This document shows positions 1 to 13,774 of a stretch of 64,000 nt of DNA, piece after piece. Position 1 is the first letter of the stretch, and the number at the start of each line of letters is the position of its first letter. The translations under genes were made by a program, and so were the position numbers. Under the pieces are notes generated by a model. It saw only the letters and a list, made by a program, of their open reading frames with translations. It was not told the origin of the DNA and did no database searches. This stretch comes from Marsupella aquatica (lineage: Eukaryota; Plantae; Marchantiophyta): NCBI GenBank assembly GCA_973895155.1, contig OZ316892.1:19135457-19199456 (forward strand), read 5' to 3'.

Positions 1-159
1 AAACATATCTGTTACAATACAAAAGCCATTATTAGTAAACCCCAAAACCCAGAGTTTAATTAACAACACGTGAGAGAATGCTGTGGAACAGTAATGGCTC
101 TGCCGCAGATACCGTAGAACAGATCTAGTAAGAAATAAACGTAGCAGAAGACTACTCAC

Positions 160-3100
160 AGTGCAGCTCAGTGTATTCTGAGTGTATCCTTGTTCAAAAT
201 TGTCAAGCACGGAATCCATAGCCATGTAGAGCTGCTGAATGAATCTGGCCCTCGTTGCAAGTAATGAAGCCAATGCAGAATCATCAGGGTTCTGTGGATC
301 GATGGCTCTCAAAGACCACGCAATGTGAACAAAGAGGTTTAGGAAGATAAGGCGACCAACCTGCAGGTTCACAAGTAAGGACTTACGAATGGGTGAAAAG
401 GAGCCAGTACTCAAATGCAGAACTTCAGACTTTTGCGTTGGAAATTCAATCAAATATTCATGTTAAATAGGACCAACGTTGTAGACCGAGGGTGCAATAT
501 TTGGCCTCAAAATAGCTTCGAAAGCAAAGTTCCTTGCCAAATACAGCACTCCTGTTTCGCATAACAGCACCCAGATCACCATGACACATGTCTTTCAACA
601 AATAGCAGTTCAGTTAGCGATGGTATCTTGTGCTGAATTCAGCTGTCTATGGAATACTATAGTTTGCATATTCTACCCACCATGCTCAGACTGCCTCCTC
701 GGAGCAAGCACATACCTCATCGTCCAAATTACTAAACTCTTCAAGAAGATTAAGCATTTCTCCAAATAGACCATCATCGAACACATTCACAGCCGAATGC
801 AGATAATACATTCTTCTTAGGTTGACTGTCAATGAATAATCATCATCTTCCTGCGACAAGTGAACGAAGAAAACAATTTCAGAACTTGAATAGAGCATCC
901 CATCGTGGTGTGGATAAACTCGATGAGCAGTAGCTAACACACACAAGGAACCAACGTTTAGCAGACACTTGTTGGATGTGTAATTACCCCTGCTTGTTCC
1001 ATTGCAGATCTCAGCTTTGAAGCCAGCTCATCAATTGTTTCCTTCAGTAAGTGCTGTGCAGAGTCTTGTAGATCTGCATGGCTTTCATTGGCAGCAAAAG
1101 CCAGAGACTTGACACAAGCTTTCAGTGTGATACTGTCTCCGTGCTTGAAGAAGCCATCCTTTATGAGTTGTAACGCTGTTGCAAAGCTCTGACAACAGCA
1201 TCTTGCAAGTGAGTTTAGTTCAGCTTTCTGAAAGCTTTCCCAAGTCAACCACGAGAGGAAAGTCTACTCATTACTACCGAATTACTACCTAAACTTGATG
1301 CATAATATCACAAGCCCTGTCATCCTGAGAACTCAGAACCATCACTAATTTCAAACGACTAGCCAAATTTTACCGTCTCTCTCCGTTGCAGAGAATATAG
1401 TTCCAAGTTCATGTGGAGAATGATGTCAACAAGGCCAGGTACTTTCGCTTGGTCAACAAGATACTTCCTCAAAAGTTTGGTGAGAGATTTTATCATCACC
1501 ATGGTCATCTCTTTCTTGTTAGCCTCTAACAAGTCCTGCAGCAGACAAAGCCCTATGAAAAATCTAAAACCCAATACTGAACTATGTGAAGAATTGAGAA
1601 CAACAGAAATCAGCGGACGAGAAACTAAAGGATCCTACGGAAAGGAACACAACATCGCTTAAGATACTAATATTAAACGGCACCGGCAACTTCACATAGT
1701 TCGCGTAGCTCTATGCCGGTGAGAGACTCAAATGTTACATTGCACCAAAGATAGTTTGAGCTTTGAACATGCCTTTTGTGCTTTTGTTAATGATACTTTA
1801 CGATGATCACTTGTGGGCACAATTTTCTCGCCAATCGACTTCTTCACTGATGCTGAAAGAACCCTCACAAGATTTGTTGCATCTCCATCAATGAGTTCAT
1901 CACTAGGGCGTTCGTCCAGTAACATCGCAGTCATGCACTTCCAATCCTGTGATGGGAAAGCAGGGATAAGGATGTCAAACAATGAATACTCGGCAGTTAC
2001 TACATATAAGTCAAATCAAGTGACGCTGAAAGCTCACAGACTTGTCCTCCCAAACTTCTGTATTGACCCCTCGCTAACTTCAATACAAATTTGCTTTGAA
2101 AAATAAAGACGGATGTATGTATCATGATAAGGCCGATATCAATGACTCTCTCATCAACGCCGAAGAAAATCTAAAACAAGTATAAGATACTGACATGACA
2201 ACAAAACAACCTTTAGAGGGACGTATCCAACCTAAGAATTGACCCACACACAGCATGAGCCTCGAGAGAACTGAATGGCATAGTTGTCTCACCTTCATTG
2301 CCTTGCACTTATCCCATAGAGCATCTATCACGTAGTCACACAAGATAGGATCTCCTGAGAACTCTCGCAATATTTGCAAAAGACGCTCCAATTGGCCCTC
2401 CAGATTCTCATTGTCTTTACCTGCAACATGCCACGCTTATATGGTCACAAACTCACAGGAAAACATGTACTATTATCACAACTACGCAAAAAGAGCGACG
2501 ACTTTTTAAAACACGCAAAACGAACCCGTCCAAAAGACTTTGCACGAACCCACATGCCAATCACACAATCAAGTCTAGAGCTTGGGCTGCAAGAAGAAAG
2601 GTCAGTTCACGGAACAACACAAAGTAGACGAACCTCTAAGTCAGGGTCCTATACAGACGTTCCAAAAGTTAGAATTACCAACCTCCAGATGCCGGGGCTA
2701 TCAAGTGGTCATAGACTAAGTCTCCTACAGCGTGACGGATCTGTGGTGATTCATCAATCAGAAACTCGTACAGTGGACCGAGGTCGTCATCTTCAAGGAG
2801 TCGATGCCTGCACACAACAAATGTAACAGAATCACTGAAATTTCGAGAACAACTAGTTCTCAATAGTCTTGAAAGTATGATGCTGATTGGAAGAGAGGAG
2901 GCGGAAGACATCATGAGAAGAATCTGCCGAATTCTAACTGGTATCAATGTCTCTAAATCGCTTATCAGAATATTTTGATTGGCTGAAAGTTCACTTTCTT
3001 TGCAAAAGTCACTTCTAGAGTTTACCTGAGTAGCTGCTTCAATAGACCAATCGCACTGACAGCTACATTCACATCAATGTCTTCTGCGAGTTCAATCATT

Positions 3101-6021
3101 CTGTTGCTAAACCGCTCCGTAAATAAACCAAGTGAAGGTATATTATCATCGACCCCATACAAATCCTGCAGAGCAAGCACGGAACTCCTGCGTACAGAGG
3201 AGTTCTGCAAGCAAGCCAACAGAAGCTAGTCAGTGCTTCATTTAACGCACTGGAGACTTCGAAGCATGAGGAGGGGTGTCACTTGGGGACATCAAGTACT
3301 AGCATTCGACACCACATCGTTAAAATACAGAGCAGTTGGCTCAATCTTTATACCCTTACTCTTACTCTTCCTCTGCATCTTGGAGACCATGCATCGTAAG
3401 TGAAGTCCACCACTTCTCCTTTTGACTTTCCAGCGAAATTAGCTAAGAAGCGGCAGCTACGCCTCACAAGAAATAACTTACAGCAGGAACTAACTAACTT
3501 CTGTGTATATGGGACCCGTCAGGTTCCACAAGCTTTGAAACTACCAGAAGGTGGAAGCTTGCTAAGTGTCCACTGATGATTTCCTAGCAAGCCATGTTCA
3601 CTGTGCCATGCACATGTCCACGCAACAGACGATGGACTACTGACGAACGACGAAAGTACAATTTGAAGTTCCACACAATTCCATCGAAAGCAGGTGTGCT
3701 GGAGGAAAGGAATTTAGAGAAGGCTGGTCTCTTTCCACATTCGAAATACCTTGTCGTTTAGTGTCCATCCAATGTATTTCAAGTAAAGGTCTTGAAGGAA
3801 CAGAGAGGGATACGTTAGAATCCAAGATCCAATTGAAGTGATACAACCCACTCGAATCTCTGGATCCACATCCCTGTAGCGATGCATAAAAAGCCTGATA
3901 CAATCAAGAATAAAGCAATCAGGTCTCCTTGAGCCATAGTAGAACGTCAGAAAGCTCTCACCTCGCTCCGTCAAATTTGCAATACCTGATCGACGTACAA
4001 ACATACGCATATCCCAATGGAAGTAAAACTGGAAAGCATTGTCAAGCTTGAACAATATCCAAACCCCAGTTCAATTCTAGTTATTTCAGACATATTTAAA
4101 AATCTGCATTAGGAGAGGTGAATGCCAACCCCGTAAATAATTTTCTCATCATTTCCTCTACTGTTGTTATCTTTTCATGCGTCTCAGACACAGTCTTAAT
4201 GAGGGACTCCACTCGAGGTCCATCCTTCCTTTTCTTCTTCTCTGCATTTAGCTGTCGCTGAGCTGTCTCACGAGATTCACCGAGCCGCTTTCCCACACCC
4301 ACTAGAGATGTCACCAGTTGACAACCAACGAGGGTTGCCACACGTCGAAAAATGCGGGGTGGAGTACTACATCAAACACAAAAGTAATGTTATTAAACTT
4401 ACGGGATGCATCAAAAATGACAATTGTAACTCTAATTAGGGATATGAAATCTGTAATTGTAATAATAGCAAGTTTCAAAATTTGGCAGAGAATTTAGGCA
4501 CAGTCAAACCAGCCCAGCTCGAAGTTATAATAAGAATACAACTGATAGGGTGAGCTAGACGAAACTCGGTAGCAAACTGAACGTACCAGGACAACGCAAT
4601 CACGTAATCCATTATCTTCTCCATAAGCCTCTGATCAAAAAGAGGACCATCCTGACACTCTCTTATCACAATGTCCCAGAATGTAAGCAAGTTCTGTTGG
4701 AAATTGCGGACCTCACGCTGTTTTGATGCAAGGTAGTCCTCCAGGCCGATCTGAGAATGTTAAGTACAGCAAGTTCCACATCCATGCAAGGTGGCTCGTC
4801 CTCTCTCATTTCACTCTTTGGGACGACGTTACAAAATGAAAGACGGTCCAGAATAGGAAACATGTGTTCATAAACAACAATCCTACAAATTTTCAGCAAG
4901 AAATTGTTCCCCTTCAAATTAGGGTTACTACTATGTCAGACTGACTTGGAGTGAAAATGCCTGGCAATTAACTGCCCCTGCAGGTTTTGTTCATCCGCTT
5001 AGTAAGTCGCCCATTCTTATGAAGAAAGTTCATTATTACTTCTTATCGCCGTGTACGTCATAAAGACGACAGTGGAAGATACATCTTTGGATTGGCCAAC
5101 CAATGCTTGAACTCCATCGTCGACATCGATCTCATTCCAGTCACACTCATCCAGACCTGATTTGTTGACTCCACATGCCTGCCAGCGTCAAGGTTAGAAA
5201 CAAACAAGTTAATATGAAACACAATTAATGCGTATAAAAGAGGGTCGACCTGCCAGAACCTATGATCAAAAGGAAAGAAGTAAATTTGGAAGGCTAACCT
5301 CGAACAAGGTTGTAAGCAGCTCCCTGAGTGCTGTGTCTGCATTTGTTTCGTAATGCTCCACCCACTTTGAAGCTGCATGTTGAACGGCTTTTCCCTTTTG
5401 CTTTATTATCTCTGCTAATTAGGACAATACAATTATCAGAGATTGACTCACATACCTGGGAACTTATCGCTTAAAAAAAGACGTATGTACATGCTCCTCG
5501 CAATTTTATAATGCCATTTGCCCAAGTGGCCTCGAGTCTCATATGAAGGAGATTCATTCGAACGTCTGATAACTCCGTTCCCATGCTGCATATCCGAAGC
5601 ATTACTACTGAGGCTCTCTGCTGAGTGTCTGATTCAAATTACTGTAATTGCAAGAACAGGGAACAACTAGAGCCAAGATAATAATTAAGGCAGGCGAGAT
5701 ACCAATAAGGTCTTCTGTGCCTGTGTCCACCTCTTCTCTCATCACTTTGGCTTGTCTTTTACGCTTTTGACCGCCTTCCTTTTGTTTCTCTACCGACCCA
5801 TTGGTTTTGGCACGTTTCTGCGAACAGCGAGTCCGGAAATGGTCACCTTCGAATTCGTGATTTGACAATTCTACGAAAGTCGGAAAAAGGGCCTTGGTAT
5901 CAATTCTGACCTGTGCTCGAGTGTTGTCATGCTCGTGAGCTCGCTTCTTAGGTCGTTCTAACGGGTCTGGTTCATCCATGTCATTTTCATCATCTTTCTC
6001 CGACTCCGAGTCGCTACCCAT
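160..6021 (-). CDS. SCC3: Cohesin subunit SCC3/STAG (multi-exon, 3' end outside window)
   Basis: Exons (minus): 5911-6021, 5703-5817, 5299-5411, 5083-5178, 4587-4750, 4130-4366, 3750-3894, 3026-3204, 2683-2807, 2293-2420, 1773-1946, 1374-1535, 988-1188, 716-850, 160-360, all phase-consistent. Peptides [69 protein letters not shown] and DWKCM match plant SCC3 (STAG/SCD domains). Start ATG at 6021 is tentative; a likely 5'UTR donor GTAAGC lies at ~7442. Confidence 0.96.
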
Positions 6022-7624
6022 TACCCTAGACATAAGAGCATTACATTTGCACATGAGCGAGGCTATACCAGTACACACCGTTGGGTCCAGCAAGTCATTA
6101 GAGCACTGTCTTAGCGAACCTGATGCTACTGCCACTTGACTGCGGTGTTGAAAGAAAGTGTGTGAGCACAGACCAATTGAAATATCACAAAGAAGACGAA
6201 AACTGCCTACGTAGACTACAATGGAGGGCGACTTAATTGAAGTACACAGATAAAAAAATGTAAACCACAAGCATCTCCCTGTCGCAATAACGAAAAGTAA
6301 TCCGACTAAACGTGAAACAATTCCTTTTAATTGATGGTAACTTAAGGTATACGCGATACCGAGGCATGGATGTTAAGGATCGTTGGCAAAATGACATTTT
6401 AGTTATTGATATACAGCATTGTGGCCGAAACTCGTACTTCCCTCTTCTAGAAGTAATGAGGCATGTAGCAACACTCAGGTAGCTACCCTATGCCCGGACA
6501 ATGATAGGCCACATGAACAGAAATTCACAAGATTACTTGCGACAAAAATCTATGAGCAGATGGTGCTGGCAGAAATAATAAAAGAGCGGGGAAACTTACT
6601 CTTTCAAAAGCAAGGAGTTCAACACAGCCTGCCGCCTTCGATGACCATCAGGTTCCATTGTGATGCTGCTGAGAAGCTTTGATAGAGTCGCACTCGTTAC
6701 TCAAGAAGCTATTACTCGGGTAACACGCCCAAGCAGTTCGAAGCAGCCGTCAGGTCAATTACTGAGTCACCTACAGTAGTCACAGATTCCGAGTGGCATT
6801 AATTTGTCAAGAGATCACTCAATTGGGAACGAAACATGCACAGGGCACCTCCCAAAACACCGAGTCAGAAACTAAAAACAAAGCCAGTTCGAACTGTCAA
6901 GTTCTGAAAACTTTACTAGTGCACCAAGAGCGAATTGGAAAAATTCGAACCGACAGAAAATCGTCTTAGTATGACTCAAGTGGACCTCCTCCACCCTCCT
7001 CGGATCCTTCCAGAGTGACACAATCTTTCCTTGAATATTACATGACAACAATGAGGCAAACGAATCCCTGAAGCTAAGAGCGACCGCCTTTTCACAGCTT
7101 TACGTCTATTTTAAGTGGAGCCGATCAGGCGGTCCCAAACCAGCGCTCATGCTACAACAAACCCATCACTCTATCCAGACTTCGGGAAAAACACACCAAA
7201 AGCTGTCAGGCAATTCTACAGCTACATTGGCGAGAACACTGAAGTACCGACGGAGCGTACTCCCAAACTCGCAGGCCACACGAACACATTCCTCTCGTGC
7301 CGAACTAAAACACCAACCCGCGTCTCATTGCACTGACGAAAACAGAGCAGAGCAGCAGAAAACAAACGACGAGACGAAGGGAAGAGGCAGGAGGCAGGAG
7401 GCAGGCAGAGGTTCAACCAAGGTGCAGCGATGGCGAGCTTACAAGAAATTCGCTCGGCGCCTTCCAAATTGTCAGCAATCACGCGAGAGCATCATCTGTG
7501 AGGACACACCTCGCATCAAGGGATGGGCGTGATCTGAGTTCTCTCTCTCTGGAGCCGAAGCGAAGGCGCGAGGTGGGCTTTTTCGAAGTGCCGTGAGCAA
7601 AACACTGCGGCAACTCCAGAACAC

Positions 7625-7735
7625 CGTCCGTCCGTCCGTCCGTCCGTCCGTCTATCTACGGTACATGTGCCGCGACTACTGTACTTTGGTACAGTACTCC
7701 GGTCTCCGGCACGCACGAGGACGGACGGACGGATG
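7625..7735. repeat. (CCGT)n tract and inverted (ACGG)n tract in SCC3 upstream region
   Basis: ccgtccgtccgtcc... at 7625-7651, ggacggacggacgga at ~7719-7733, with a palindromic tactgtac...gtacagta core between them. Confidence 0.85.
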
Positions 7736-8289
7736 GGAGATATGGAGAGAAATCCATTCATCTGCCCGTCCACCAAGAATCGAGCTAACCAGACCCTGCG
7801 TGACCTCAGTCAGGGCTGGATACCAGAGTGCCATCCGCCCATCCGGGTGGCACGAAAGATTAATTAACTATTTTTATTATTAAAAGAACCCCATGACAAT
7901 TCATGTAGTCATGGTGCGGCCAGGGCAGCCCGGCTCAAGGAGGAGGTCTATGTTGTTTGCTACCCGAGGGATCTTTTCTATCTCTTTGTCCTTGAGGTCT
8001 TTGGTGCTCTCCACCCTACTAATGACCAGTTCCTGCGGGCCCGTGCAGTTTTTTGTATTGAGATGAGACATTTCCCTCTGTTTCTGTCATCATCGCCTTT
8101 TTTTGGGAGCGGGTGTTTGCGGCTCTTCAACGGGCTCAGGCATTCACCCTCCTTCGTAGGGCTGAGGCAGTTGGTTTTAGGGTCTCCCAACAGGTTCCAC
8201 TTTGTGACCTCCTTTGAGGTTTACTCAAGAGTTCTACCAGGCTTTTTAGTTCTCTGCATAGTAGGGTGTTAGCCTTCTTGGCCCCTTTG

Positions 8290-8530
8290 TTGGTTACTTT
8301 TTGTTCTTTGTTCCTTTGTTAGCTTTTGGTTGGGGACCCCTTGGCTTGTTTTTCTTGGGGCCCTTTCTTCTCTTTTCCTTCCCTTCATTGGGTTGCTTTG
8401 CCTTTGGGATCATGTCTCCTGGTTCGGCATTTTTTGCCCTCGGGCAGTGTGATATATATGTAGTTTCCAAATTTCTTGGCAAATTATTGTCATTCTGGTT
8501 TGTGCAAGCTATCAACTATTTTATTACTTA
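8290..8530 (+). mobile_element. Dispersed repeat fragment, probable LINE 3'UTR
   Basis: T-rich segment. 8402-8457 is homologous in inverted orientation to ~37206-37262 (atatatcacactgc...atgccgaaccaggagac vs atatatcacattgc...gtgccaaaccaggggac). Boundaries approximate. Confidence 0.55.
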
Positions 8531-8759
8531 CTTTATTTATGATGACAAGTTCCTTTCTAGGATTCCTGGCTATGGTTGCAGCACATCAGCAATGTTCATT
8601 ACAAACAAGAACGATAATCTTTGTAGTAACAGACAAACAGTGTTGTTCCTCGTAACCCCAGCAAAACAATTAGACATGGGGATGGTAAAAACCTTTAAAA
8701 AATTGAAATTAAAGTGTTCAGTAAACAAAGAGGGGGGGGGAGCTAACCCTTTGTAACCA

Positions 8760-10020
8760 TTTTATTTTAGAATTATATTTAAGTATTTATTTGCACACAA
8801 CTCATTTACTTAGATGACAACAACCACTAAAGCTTTATAGCCAGAAGGGGGCAAAAAACACCACCCAACACACGGACCACAAAGCAAAAGCGAGGGGCGA
8901 GCCTAATCAGGCCACCGAACCCAATAGCCCCAATTGGCAGTGACAAACTGGAAATGCCAACTGTAGTACCCCAGAACGGACACAGAAGCATCGGGAATAA
9001 AAGCCTTTGGAATTCTCTCAATGCTACGTTTAGCAGTATTGGTTCTATGCCTGTAGTACTCCTGAGTTCTTCTCTCGTGCTGTCTATACTTAATACTGAT
9101 CTCTTTAGTGTCTTCATTGTAATTATGTGATTCCTGCATCTCGAATATGACTTTTGAGGTTGCCTCTAGCCGGGGGCAGAGGTGTAGTCTTCCCTTTCAT
9201 AAGGCAGTACCCAAGGGCAGTGGCCTTGCGGTCTTGCTAGCTAGTAGTTTTGTCAATCATTAAAGTCATTGGTGTTTAGTGCTCTTGGGATCTCCAGATT
9301 GGACCATGGACGTAGCACCATTTCCAGTTCGTTGATGATGAGTTGAAGTTGTTGGGTTTTGTGGTTGGATCTGCTGTTAGCCTGCATGGCTTTGATGTGC
9401 GTGTTGGTATTCTTAATAATCACCCACGTAGGGAGTCATCCCAGGAAGTGAGAGTAGACTTGTGCATTTCTCTCGTTCCAAGTGACTAAGCAGAGTTCAG
9501 AAAGAAGAATTAAGGGGCCCGGGTTGCGCTTGTGTACAAGGATCGCCACCTGAATCGAGTTGTAGAGCGATTCTTGCAATCTGTTGACTGTCTTGGTGTT
9601 GCGAAGGAGAAATCGGAGCTCTTGCCATCAGGTTCTCACCTTATTGCAACTGCAAAAGAGGTGCTCAGTGTGTTCAAAGCTCAAATTACAGCGTTCACAC
9701 ATTGCACACTCCCTAGTGACTGGCTCGGCCATTCGTGAAGAATCCATGTTGCAGTAATCTCCAGATGAACAGTCTAACCTTAGGGATAGTCCATCCTCCC
9801 CACAGCCTCTTTCATCTCTTGCGCCATTGAGTGGCCAATTCGGTGATGCCCCATAGTCTGTTGAGTTTTGCAGTGTCTAAAGGATTGTCCAATTGAGCGG
9901 CAGCCCAGGTACTGTTTGGAAATCTCCATCCTCTTTTTGTTCTTTGCCCATTCCCATTTCCAGCCAGCACATTGATGGAGATCACTTCCCTGTGGAGTGG
10001 CGGTGGATCAATGGACAACC
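8760..10020 (-). mobile_element. Degenerate 5'-truncated L1-type LINE (zf-RVT C-terminus plus 3'UTR)
   Basis: Minus-strand translation with stops and a frameshift: W..R*KRLWGGWTIPKVRLFIWRLLQHGFFT...CERCNLSFEHTEHLFCSC...W, then TWNERNAQVY. These are the zf-RVT and W..RN motifs of plant LINE ORF2. A-rich end at ~8760. Confidence 0.85.
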
Positions 10021-12586
10021 ACTAACTCTAGTCATTAGATCGAATTGATTGATGCATTTGACAATCATTGGCTAACAAATAGGGTGGTGGATGAGAGTAC
10101 ACAACAGTGACAAGAAACTATGTGTCCTTCTATTTCTTAGATTGACAAAGGAGATCAAATGTTGATAATTAATGGCAACAATGCCCACTTATTTTGAGGG
10201 TACTATAAGTCAGTCACTTTCTTTTGGGGTTTTCATGATGTTATTTTGTGCTACTAGGTACATTAGCATCTTAAGTTTATCAAAAGAGGTTTTTTCCTGT
10301 CGTCTCGAGCCTGTTTAGGGTAAGAATTTTACATTATTACCTAGCTTGAGTACCTTCTTACTATTCAAATTTGAAGAAAATGGGTATCCCTCAACCTTTT
10401 GATGACCCTTGTCAAAACCAATTAGATGAAAGATTGAAGGGAAACAAAAAAGGGAAAGTGAGTTAGGATTTGGGGACATAAGAAAGAAAGATTTAAATGG
10501 ATGGAAGGTTAGAGTGGACAAGGGGGGAAAAGAAGTCTTGGGTTGCAAGTTTGACTAAAATTAAGTTTTTGCTGAGTTTAACCACTACTTAGTTCCCCCT
10601 TTTGTTTGAGTGTTAGTTTAGGGTTAGCTACCAATTATTAAAATTTGGTATGCTCATTGATTGAATGGATTGAAGTCTAGTAGTGAGGCACTGTGGTGGG
10701 GTTTTCTGCATGAAGTGCATGAAAAATCCAACAAGGGGGACATGCAGTAGAAATATAAAGGCGGAGGCCATTTGTTCAGTCTTCATGTGTCAGAGTACTA
10801 TACAGTTTGGGAAGGGACATTTATTCTCCTCCTTTGGGCATCTTTGCAGAGAATACCGGCAATGACATACAAGAGAAACCAGCGAGCATGCACATATTGA
10901 CACAAAAGATACCCTAGCTTTGGAATGGAAGCTCCGAACTAGATAAACGGTGTTTAATAAATTTGGAGCTCATTTTATGTGCCCGAATACCAAGAGCAGG
11001 CTGAACATTCCAACTAACTATAAGGTGGTTCTGCACCATTACGAGAGGGCTCTAATGTCTACTCCGGATTTGGCTATCCAGCCAGGTTTCTTGGGCTGGG
11101 TGGTTCACTTTGTCAAGGCTACATTCACGGGAATGCAAGAGCTCTACTAAGTTTTGGCCACCATAGCCATAAGCCTTCAAGATAAGATCCAAGATTGCTA
11201 GCCTAACTCCTAGCTTCATCACTCAACAATGAACATGAATCTCACCAAGGAGCACTTCCTCACTCCCCTATATGCTAGGCACACTAGTTGCGGCTAATCA
11301 CCATTAAGGCCCTGATGCTGATTAGCCTAAGTGAGGTTAACCCAAGACTAAAAGTTAACCCTAACAACCTTGTTGGTATTGTCAAAACATCATCCCACCC
11401 TCCCTCAAAGTAAAAATGATTGAGTATCTCCCAAATCCCAGCAATAAGTGATTTTTGAGACCACCTAATATTTCATTATAAACATTAGGCATTAATATTT
11501 GTTCCCTTTACTTTTCTTCGTATCGTTAGACCAGGAGTTGGGAGAGGATTTGGGAGTTAAAAAATCACTAGCAACAACAATTACTATTCTAGTCATCATG
11601 GCTTGTGCAAACAACAGATAATTAATTAAAAAATATGTGACTAATAAACAAAATATTTTATAGTGTTATGAAAACATTAAAGTAATTTTGTGAGCATTTA
11701 ATAATCTTATGAGCATTCTGATGGAAATATTGACTTTGCAATGTATGCATTATTTATGGACCCCACAAGAAGTCCTTTATAAAACCCTGGATCCTCGTGG
11801 TGCAATGTTAGTGGTTTTCACACCAAATGTTTACATTTGCAGAGTTAAACAAACATATTCATTAGTGTTTTCCACACCGTGGCAAATATGGTTGCACCCG
11901 GGAACAATAAAAAAAGTTGAAAAATCTAAAGTGAAATTTGAAACAATAAAGAGAGGGAGGTAGAAGGACACTGAAGTAAGTATAACTGTTTTCTTACCTT
12001 TTGAATCATTAGAAAATATACCAAGAAATATTTTCCTTAAATTGTTTAGCTTCAAAAAGTAACAAAGAAAGTCCTAACCACCACTATGAAAACAGCTACC
12101 ACCTTGTTGAAGGAGATAACTTTGTTGAACGAGCACAAACATTTGAATTGGGCTGTTCTTGAACCCAACAGCTTAAGCGATGATGTAGGCGTAAATGCAA
12201 GAACCAACTGTCCAATGCCTCTGCTCCGGTTGCAGATAGCCTCAAGATTAGCCTTTGAATTCTCAATCTCCTTTGCTTGTGTTGTGTAAATTGTATCAGA
12301 CTTGTGGGGCTATGTTGAAGATTGAGATGTGTCCAATGTCTATATTATTTTAGACCCAGTCTATTGTTGTATTAAGTGTTGTGCATGCCTTGCAACTGGG
12401 CTTGCAACAGAAATAACCAAAGACCAATTCACCCACTCACTTGTTTTTTTCGGCCAAAATGACACAAACCAAACCCTAGTGGCAGGGCCATAACTAGATC
12501 TATAACCTGGGCAAGGCAAAACTATAGATTTAACTGGCAGCTGAATTGATAAATTTGCAGGATGACACAGTTGTGTGGAATGGTCA

Positions 12587-12890
12587 CTCGAGCTCGGGGG
12601 GTTGACTATCAAAAATCTTAGGAACCACGTGCGATCCAGAATATGTATTTTTCATAGAAATTAACCAAATTTTTAAAAAGCATAGAAAGCAAAAGAAGGT
12701 ATTATAAACCCATATTTGTAGAATATTTTCTAATATATACCTTTTACAAAGTAAAATAGATCATTAATATTGAAAACAGAGAATATTTTTGGAATATTCC
12801 CATTATACAATAGGTGTGTAAATTATAATAGGCTAGGATCGCACGTGGTACCCCAAAATATACACTAAGTTAACCCCCCAAGCTCTCGAG
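12587..12890. mobile_element. MITE-like element with ~50-bp imperfect TIRs
   Basis: ctcgagctcggggggttgac...accacgtgcgatcc mirrored by ggatcgcacgtggt...gttaaccccccaagctctcgag. AT-rich interior; TSD ambiguous. Confidence 0.75.
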
Positions 12891-13736
12891 ATAGCTGATG
12901 AGCATGACCATACACAGAAATTGAACAATAGATATAGTGAGCAAAAGGCAAGGCAAGTGTTATCCATCCAAAATTCTCACCTTCTGAAACTCTGATATGT
13001 TTCCATGGTGAGAAGTTTGTGCAAGGATACTTGTGGACCGTAACTTCATTTGATGACTTTTAGTCATACAGTACTTAATTCGCATCATGGACGTGACTCT
13101 CGAGTCCTTTGGGAGAGACGATGAACATCTTTAGAAATCTTTTGCTGAAAGATTACTTAGTTCCATTTAAACTGGAGGTATCAACTCCATAAGAGCTGTC
13201 AAAGGGCTTCGTGCGTGGCTTTGTGGGCTGCTACAATATGGGAGACTGCTTCAAGCCTAGAATAAATAAGAGTATGGGGGCAAATATTTGGTTGTTTCTT
13301 TTGCTGTACTTACCATTAAGTGCAAGGAATCCTTTACAATAGTTGCATGGAAGCAGGATTTATTTGTGAAAATTTGTTGGACAGTCTGTGAGGACACAAG
13401 TGATTGTGGAGGGGGTGCATAACTTCATCAGTTATCAATAACTGGTATCACCCCTTAATCTTTGTGAATCTGAGTTGGACAGTTGAGATAGAGCCTTGTA
13501 CCTTTGTGCATCTCAGTTGGGCAGCTGAAATGCACTCAATCTAAGTTGACCTGGCCAAGATGGGCACACCGACCCCAACAACAACAACAAATGGAAATTG
13601 AAAGAACTGGATTTTTTGTGGGCAAGATCTTGGGATTGTGCCGTACCAATGAGACAATCTTGGCTGGCCTTGCCAAGATGGTGTGTCCATATGGTATGGA
13701 CATCTCACCGTTTTCTTCATCATATTTGAGGTTGGG

Positions 13737-13741
<5 letters not shown>

Positions 13742-13772
<31 letters not shown>
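13742..13772. repeat. (TA)n microsatellite
   Basis: Directly visible TA run. Confidence 0.95.
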
Positions 13773-13774
<2 letters not shown>

